A stretch of 64,000 nucleotides of DNA from Myxococcales bacterium (GTDB lineage Bacteria > Myxococcota_A > UBA9042 > UBA3505), in assembly GCA_963578775.1 (NCBI GenBank), contig CAUZEG010000001.1, forward strand, positions 22,041 through 86,040, in the 5' to 3' direction. The notes beneath the pieces were generated by a model. The model was not told where the DNA came from. It saw nothing but the letters and a program-made list of their open reading frames with translations, and searched no databases. Shown piece after piece: positions 58,931-64,000 of the stretch. Each line of letters begins with the position of its first letter. The first letter of the stretch is position 1. The translations under genes were made by a program, and so were the position numbers.

Positions 58931-59491
58931 CTATGCCGACGGATCGGCGTGTTTCCCGGGCATGTTTATCGCGAATTTATGGGCCCACGCAAGTAGGTCC
59001 TGCCGGTTCAATAGTTCCATCGGACGATCTTCGCCTTGAAATACGGCTTCCTCGGAGAAGTATCCGTTTGTGAAGACGATCCCTTTTTTGATGTTTTCTA
59101 CCTTGAATTCATCGTGAAAACTGATGATGTCCGTTACATCTACGAGTTCACCTTCCCGTACCCGGACGGAACGAAACGCAAAGCGCCCCCCCACAAGGGG
59201 GCGGAGATCCTGAGCGAGAAAGGAACCGTACACATCGTCCAGGCTCTGCATTTCGGTAATTTCGAGCTCCAGCGCCTGCGCCAGACTCACCATGACGTTG
59301 AAGAGTTCCTCCGAAGACCACGGGAGGGGTAGCCGTTCCTCGCTGGGTACGTCACGAAAGGAAGATTCCGGTGAGATAGCTCTCGGAACCACATCACGAT
59401 CTCTACCTAAGAGGGTATTAATCACGATCCCCGCCCCGAGCATCAACAGGACCAGCACGAAGATAGGACCGAGTAAACCTGCTCCTGGCAT
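58931..59491 (-). CDS. Membrane-anchored protein with restriction-endonuclease-like (Mrr_cat-like) fold
   Basis: N-terminal TM; candidate D...EXK core (VDVTDIISFHDEFKVENIKKG). Confidence 0.35.
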   Translation of the reverse strand: MPGAGLLGPIFVLVLLMLGAGIVINTLLGRDRDVVPRAISPESSFRDVPSEERLPLPWSSEELFNVMVSLAQALELEITEMQSLDDVYGSFLAQDLRPLVGGRFAFRSVRVREGELVDVTDIISFHDEFKVENIKKGIVFTNGYFSEEAVFQGEDRPMELLNRQDLLAWAHKFAINMPGKHADPSA

Positions 59492-60186
59492 TATTCGGTT
59501 CTCTTGGCTGGGGTTTGGGATAGGCTCAACATATCGATTGCGTAGCTGAGATTACGGGCCACGACGGGATCCCTATATTTCCGATCATGTGTTGCTTTAT
59601 CTCGTGCGATTCCGAGGGGAACCTTGTCGGACTGGGTGGCAACTCTATGGAATTGGACCGCAGCCTGTCGGCGGATCGAGCGGTCACGGTCCTCGAGCAT
59701 GACATACAGGACTTCCCGAACTTTTGGGTCCGTACTTTCCCCACGGGCAAGAGCAAGGGCCGCTGAATATCGAACCAGATGTTCACCTTGTTCCGTTGTT
59801 CCTGTTGTTCCGACCTTCAGATAACCTAGGAGGAGAGAAGCCACATCATCTTTATGGGCGAACTTTTGCAATGCGTAGGCACAATGACTACGAATAGTGA
59901 CACTTGTACCCACATTGCAGACATCTAGAACGAGGGGGAGAAATTCGTCCTCCATCTCCTTGGTCTGCTTCTCGGAGCGGTTGCCGAAACTCTTCAACGC
60001 TTCGAGCTGTCGCACTTCTTCCTTTGATAGCAGATAACTCCGTATCTTGCCTTTGTTCAAAGTCTGCTTATTGAAGAGCACGTAGACGAATACAAGCGGG
60101 ATCACGATTCCGCAGATTGCCAGCATCCAGACGGTTTTCTTGCGGGTCTTGGCTTTGGGATTGGGACTGTTGATTTTACGCGGCAT
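59491..60186 (-). CDS. Membrane-anchored HEAT-repeat protein
   Basis: One N-terminal TM, then HEAT-like repeats; 1-bp overlap with the downstream gene. Confidence 0.5.
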   Translation of the reverse strand: MPRKINSPNPKAKTRKKTVWMLAICGIVIPLVFVYVLFNKQTLNKGKIRSYLLSKEEVRQLEALKSFGNRSEKQTKEMEDEFLPLVLDVCNVGTSVTIRSHCAYALQKFAHKDDVASLLLGYLKVGTTGTTEQGEHLVRYSAALALARGESTDPKVREVLYVMLEDRDRSIRRQAAVQFHRVATQSDKVPLGIARDKATHDRKYRDPVVARNLSYAIDMLSLSQTPAKRTE

Positions 60187-60348
60187 ACTGTTATCGGTTG
60201 TTTTAACGGTAGCGGTGGTTATGGAAGAAAGAACGTGCGGGTCTTGAAATGGCTAGTCTTGGGTAGTGTGAAGCCATACTCGAGGTCGCACGAAGATATC
60301 ATTCCCGGCGGATCCACCTTAGGGGTGGTCAGATTAATAACGGGATAC

Positions 60349-63300
60349 CTAATCTTCGGGGGCCGGTTCCGGTGCGTCGGCTCCAGGCTCCTCGGCTCCA
60401 GGCTCCTCGGCTCCAGGCTCACCGTCCAAGCCGTCGTCCGCACTTGGGGGTGGTGCGATGGATTCCTGATACAGACGCATCGTCTCTTCTGCGTCCGCCT
60501 GGTTCATTGTGTACATGAACGCCACCATCATACGGTAGGTCTCCTGTACATCGAGTGGGTAGCCGTTTAATTCCTTCTTGCCGGCCTCCAGTGCTGTGAG
60601 GATCGCGGGCTCCAGAGCCTTTCGTCCGGCGATGGGTGCCATGGTCTGGGCAAAGAACGCGGCTTGTTGTTCCAACGGCTCACGGCCCGTAACAAAGGCA
60701 GGCATGGACGTGTATGGCATGAACGATTGTGGCTTGATGAGCCAGCGAACGACCCAGTCGGGACGGAGTCTGTTTGTCGCACGAGCAAGGTTGGGTGCAA
60801 GGCTTTCCCGATCCACTTCCGGTCCGATCTCATCCGAGATCATATGACACTTATAGCATTGGAGCTGCACAAAGGTGTTTTGAGCACGCTTTTTAGCCTC
60901 TGGATCCATCTGTGACGTCTGGGTGTCGACGTAGGGTATCTCTGGGTTCACGTATGGAACTGGCTGCTTGTCTAGAGCCGCAAAGAACCGCGCAATCTTG
61001 GTCGCTTCACTATCTGTCAGCTCGAATGTAGGCATGCGAACATCAAGATTGGGCCGAATCGTGTATGGGGAACGTAGGAATTCTGCCAACCATTTTGGCT
61101 GCACTCGAGTTCCTTCGCCATCCAGGAGGGGTGGGGCCATCTGCTTTTTGTCGTACCAGGACATATGGCGTAGTTGGCCTCCCTGCTGCTCTACCTGGTG
61201 GCAGCCGGTACAATTATACTGGTTCACCAACCACCAACCTTCGGCTATGCTTTTCCGGTCACCGAGCGGCTCGTCGCGAATGCCAGCACCCCTGGGTTCG
61301 TCTATGCTTCCCAGCATAAAGGTCGCGAGCGCATTGATTTCTTCGTCATTAAGACGGAAGTTCGGCATACGAAGAATCGGAGTCTCACGTTTACGGTTGT
61401 CCGTGCAATAGCCGGTTTCGGGCTCATACTCGAGACAATCGAATACGCGTGGATTTTGTAGTTTGGTCTTAAACCAATCCCAAGCTGTTTCCCGATGGTG
61501 CTTCTTGAAATCCTGGGTCAGATGACCGAAGTCGAGCAGGGAGACATCCTTCGAACCCTCGTACGTTAACTCCGTACCAATACGTCCGGCTTTTTCCTGT
61601 CCTTTGATTTCGTGGCAGCCTGTACATCCATAATACAGGGCTCGCTCTTCACCGACTGCTGCCAGTTCGTTTAGGGCTGTTTCGCTCTGATCAAACAAGC
61701 CTTTGTATTTGTCATACCCCATGGAAGCTCGCTGATCGGCGCTCAGGGTTTTACTCTTGAGATAGGTCGCGACGGCCACAGACTCGGCACGGCTCAGCCG
61801 GAGGTTGGGCATTACTGTATGCGCATTATGTGCACGCGGATTCTGTACCCATGATGCAAGATAATCACGGTTGGATTTTTCTCCGACGTAGGAGAGATCT
61901 GCAGCGAAATCGGGGTGGCCAACCGTATTGTCATCAAGTTTCACACGATGGCATCCAAGGCATCCCCGCTCTCGCACCAGACTACGTCCGGCGGATACGA
62001 GTATCTGGTCGGCACATTCGCCAGCTGTCCCTTCTTCGCCGAGGCCGCGGCATTGGTCCAGACGCGCTTGAACATCTGGCGTGACGTCCTGCGCCTTGGG
62101 AAGTCCGGCCGAAACCAGCTCTTTCGCGGCGGCTGCTTCGTCTCGTGGTGTTATAGTCGCCACCTCTTGCCCCTCGTCGGCCGAGAAGGCATTGCGCCAT
62201 AAGAATACGCTTATGGCCCGGACATCGTCTTCCTTCTGGTCCAGGTAGAAGTTGGGCATCTTGGTATCTGGACGGAAGCGGTGCGGGTTTTCGATCCAGA
62301 TAGGTAGCCATTCACGTTCCAGCTTTTTAGCGATCTCTTTCAGGTTGGGTCCGATGCGTTTATGTTCCGACTTCAACTCACCGGCGCGGTCCTGTAGTTT
62401 GCTGACCTGTGTCTGGGCTGCTTCGATCTGAATGGTGTGCGCATCAATAGCGGACTGTAAGGCTTCGAGTTCGGATGGTTCTGTCGACTCCAGGCTAGCC
62501 GATAGGTCGGTCTTGCTGGTTACCAGTCCTGTCAGTTTATTTTTGGCTTCGTTTGTTGAGCGAACCAGATCAAGCTCTTCGTCTTCCCAGGTCGCAAATC
62601 CCTGGTATTTGTGACAACCCCAACATCCTTTTGCACGGAAGAGCTCCTTGCCCTTTATGAATACCTTGGAGTGATCCAGGTTGATTTGACTCCTATGGCA
62701 GTCTACGCAACCGGCCTCATCCATGCCATCCGGGTACATGGGCCATGGTGTTTTATGGTAGTAACCATGGCCGCGATTGACCGCATTGATAAGGGGACCG
62801 GCACCTTTGTGGCAGTAGGTACAACCGAATTCCTCGGTTGGATGGAGATCAATGAGTTCTGGAGTCGGGTGTGCCTTGAAGGGATGTTTGTATCCGTACG
62901 TTTCTTTTGCGTTGGGAATATCTTCGAGAAGGGCGACCTCTGGATAGATGACTCCAACATGACAGGTTTGGCAGCGGTCGACTTGTACATGGCGACCGTT
63001 GCCATGACGTTTGAGGTCGAATACCTGTCGAATGGATATGCTGAATTCCTGATCGAGATTATCAAGAGAGCCTTTGGCTCGCGCGGCTCTTACTTCGACG
63101 GCCTTAAATGGCGTAAACACGACTTTCGCCGCTTCACAATCTGTCTTTAATTCACGCTTTTTGTCCGCGAGATTCCGGGCCAATTCGTTGGCATCATCCC
63201 GTTTGCTATTGGCCGCATCAACCCTCGCTTGTAGCTTATCAATCTTGACCTTTGTCTTCGGATTTCGTTTCCCCGAATGGTGGATAGAAACCTCGTAGGT

Positions 63301-63696
63301 ATAGATCAGGGCTTGCAGGTCGGCACGGTCGTATTTGGCACTATCAAGAGCCTCCATGCCGAGAGCTTTCTGTTCGGCGATCTTGGCATCTATATTTCCA
63401 ATCTTCTTTTTAAGATCATCGTTGCATGCGCTGGTAACATTTGCCTGCGCTACTTTATATTCTTCAGTCGCCTGTATTTCGGCGAGTTCATCCAGAGCGT
63501 TTTGCAGGCCGATAGTTCGGGCTGCTTTCAAAACGGGCACGAAGTTTTTCTGATAGGCGATCCATGGTCGGCGACCGATCATCTCGTCATAGGTCGCCCA
63601 TCCCATCGCCAGGACCAGTAGAACACTCGACACAAAGAGGGCAGGCAGAAGACTACGTTCTGTGATGGGATCGCGTGGGATTTGTTCTTTGGCCAT
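60349..63696 (-). CDS. Membrane-anchored octaheme c-type cytochrome with coiled-coil region and C-terminal (EPGAE)n repeat
   Basis: Eight CxxCH motifs (CQTCH, CTYCH, CVDCH, CWGCH, CLGCH, 2x CTGCH, CYKCH), each followed by an MP(N/T)F-type Met ligand; N-terminal TM helix. Confidence 0.75.
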   Translation of the reverse strand: MAKEQIPRDPITERSLLPALFVSSVLLVLAMGWATYDEMIGRRPWIAYQKNFVPVLKAARTIGLQNALDELAEIQATEEYKVAQANVTSACNDDLKKKIGNIDAKIAEQKALGMEALDSAKYDRADLQALIYTYEVSIHHSGKRNPKTKVKIDKLQARVDAANSKRDDANELARNLADKKRELKTDCEAAKVVFTPFKAVEVRAARAKGSLDNLDQEFSISIRQVFDLKRHGNGRHVQVDRCQTCHVGVIYPEVALLEDIPNAKETYGYKHPFKAHPTPELIDLHPTEEFGCTYCHKGAGPLINAVNRGHGYYHKTPWPMYPDGMDEAGCVDCHRSQINLDHSKVFIKGKELFRAKGCWGCHKYQGFATWEDEELDLVRSTNEAKNKLTGLVTSKTDLSASLESTEPSELEALQSAIDAHTIQIEAAQTQVSKLQDRAGELKSEHKRIGPNLKEIAKKLEREWLPIWIENPHRFRPDTKMPNFYLDQKEDDVRAISVFLWRNAFSADEGQEVATITPRDEAAAAKELVSAGLPKAQDVTPDVQARLDQCRGLGEEGTAGECADQILVSAGRSLVRERGCLGCHRVKLDDNTVGHPDFAADLSYVGEKSNRDYLASWVQNPRAHNAHTVMPNLRLSRAESVAVATYLKSKTLSADQRASMGYDKYKGLFDQSETALNELAAVGEERALYYGCTGCHEIKGQEKAGRIGTELTYEGSKDVSLLDFGHLTQDFKKHHRETAWDWFKTKLQNPRVFDCLEYEPETGYCTDNRKRETPILRMPNFRLNDEEINALATFMLGSIDEPRGAGIRDEPLGDRKSIAEGWWLVNQYNCTGCHQVEQQGGQLRHMSWYDKKQMAPPLLDGEGTRVQPKWLAEFLRSPYTIRPNLDVRMPTFELTDSEATKIARFFAALDKQPVPYVNPEIPYVDTQTSQMDPEAKKRAQNTFVQLQCYKCHMISDEIGPEVDRESLAPNLARATNRLRPDWVVRWLIKPQSFMPYTSMPAFVTGREPLEQQAAFFAQTMAPIAGRKALEPAILTALEAGKKELNGYPLDVQETYRMMVAFMYTMNQADAEETMRLYQESIAPPPSADDGLDGEPGAEEPGAEEPGADAPEPAPED
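60378..60420. repeat. About 2.9 copies of a 15-bp in-frame tandem repeat (cggctccaggctcct)
   Basis: Seen directly; it encodes EPGAEEPGAEEPGA at the C-terminus of the cytochrome. Confidence 0.85.
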
Positions 63697-63740
63697 ATGC
63701 AGTTCCTAAAGGCTTTGACAAGCCAAGGGGCGTTTACATG

Positions 63741-64000
63741 CTAGATATTGAAGAATGGTGTGACCCAGATGTACTTGATGGCGAACGCAATACGGGCGAC
63801 CATCTTTATTGGTAGAGACATCATGCTAAGGAAGAGTCCGGCAAAAATACCAAAGCGGACCGGTCCCATTTTTTCCAGGGTTGCCGCAGACATCTTCTTG
63901 AAGCAAAGATGAAGGAGTCCTCCGCCGACAACGAAGTAACCCCCAACAACCGCCCCTCCGAAGAGCATAGCCCCAGTGGTGCCGTCCTTGATCCCGAATA
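63741..64000 (-). CDS. C-terminal fragment of a membrane protein (continues beyond the window edge)
   Basis: The reading frame is open from the window edge; Gly-rich hydrophobic segments; the N-terminus lies outside the window. Confidence 0.5.
   Translation of the reverse strand, partial: FGIKDGTTGAMLFGGAVVGGYFVVGGGLLHLCFKKMSAATLEKMGPVRFGIFAGLFLSMMSLPIKMVARIAFAIKYIWVTPFFNI

Noticed and set aside
60315-60329. Hairpin CCACC-ttagg-GGTGG just downstream of the cytochrome stop
   Set aside because: There is no following T-run on the minus strand, so it is not a convincing intrinsic terminator.
60378-60420. 15-bp tandem repeats considered as a possible CRISPR-like or minisatellite element
   Set aside because: The repeats are contiguous with no spacers, in frame, and encode (EPGAE)n inside the cytochrome CDS. 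This is a coding low-complexity repeat, not a CRISPR array.

Overview
This 64 kb window is high-GC (roughly 55-60% by eye) and densely coding, with about 50 genes, two tRNAs and no recognisable mobile elements, prophage or CRISPR array. From 35.4 kb down to 1.2 kb a single minus-strand gene array runs through three giant lipoproteins, lexA-recA, a transglutaminase-like lipoprotein, pfk, serA, hisZ-purA, an ABC transporter, a secreted deiminase-like protein, korAB, lipA and a 2-oxoacid dehydrogenase operon (E1alpha-E1beta-E2-E1alpha'-E3), then a 4x[4Fe-4S] ferredoxin and an orphan nuoB. Only a metallophosphoesterase and tRNA-His/tRNA-Arg lie beyond it. A 394-bp divergent region at 35.4-35.8 kb starts a plus-strand operon of a VWA lipoprotein, a small OM beta-barrel, three secreted TPR proteins (642, 1115 and about 494 aa), an 86-aa secreted protein and a DUF296 protein. 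By size and order these resemble the Myxococcus gliding (Glt A/B-C-D-E-F) and sporulation (Nfs) envelope complexes, with a CglB-like VWA adhesin candidate in front. The three giant Ig-repeat/VWA/Cys-rich lipoproteins encoded divergently from it are the most likely uncharacterised system in the window. The minus strand from 64 kb down to 46.4 kb carries a partial membrane protein, an octaheme cytochrome c, two membrane-anchored proteins, an IDH/IMDH-family dehydrogenase, a type IV pilus minor-pilin/PilY1 operon, a NuoH fused to an N-terminal PDZ-containing periplasmic domain, an extended NuoI, and glnII. A MYXO-CTERM-like tail, the Glt/Nfs-like architecture and the GC content suggest a Myxococcota (deltaproteobacterial) genome, which is an inference. 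All calls come from reading the ORF translations and the sequence; no database search was run.
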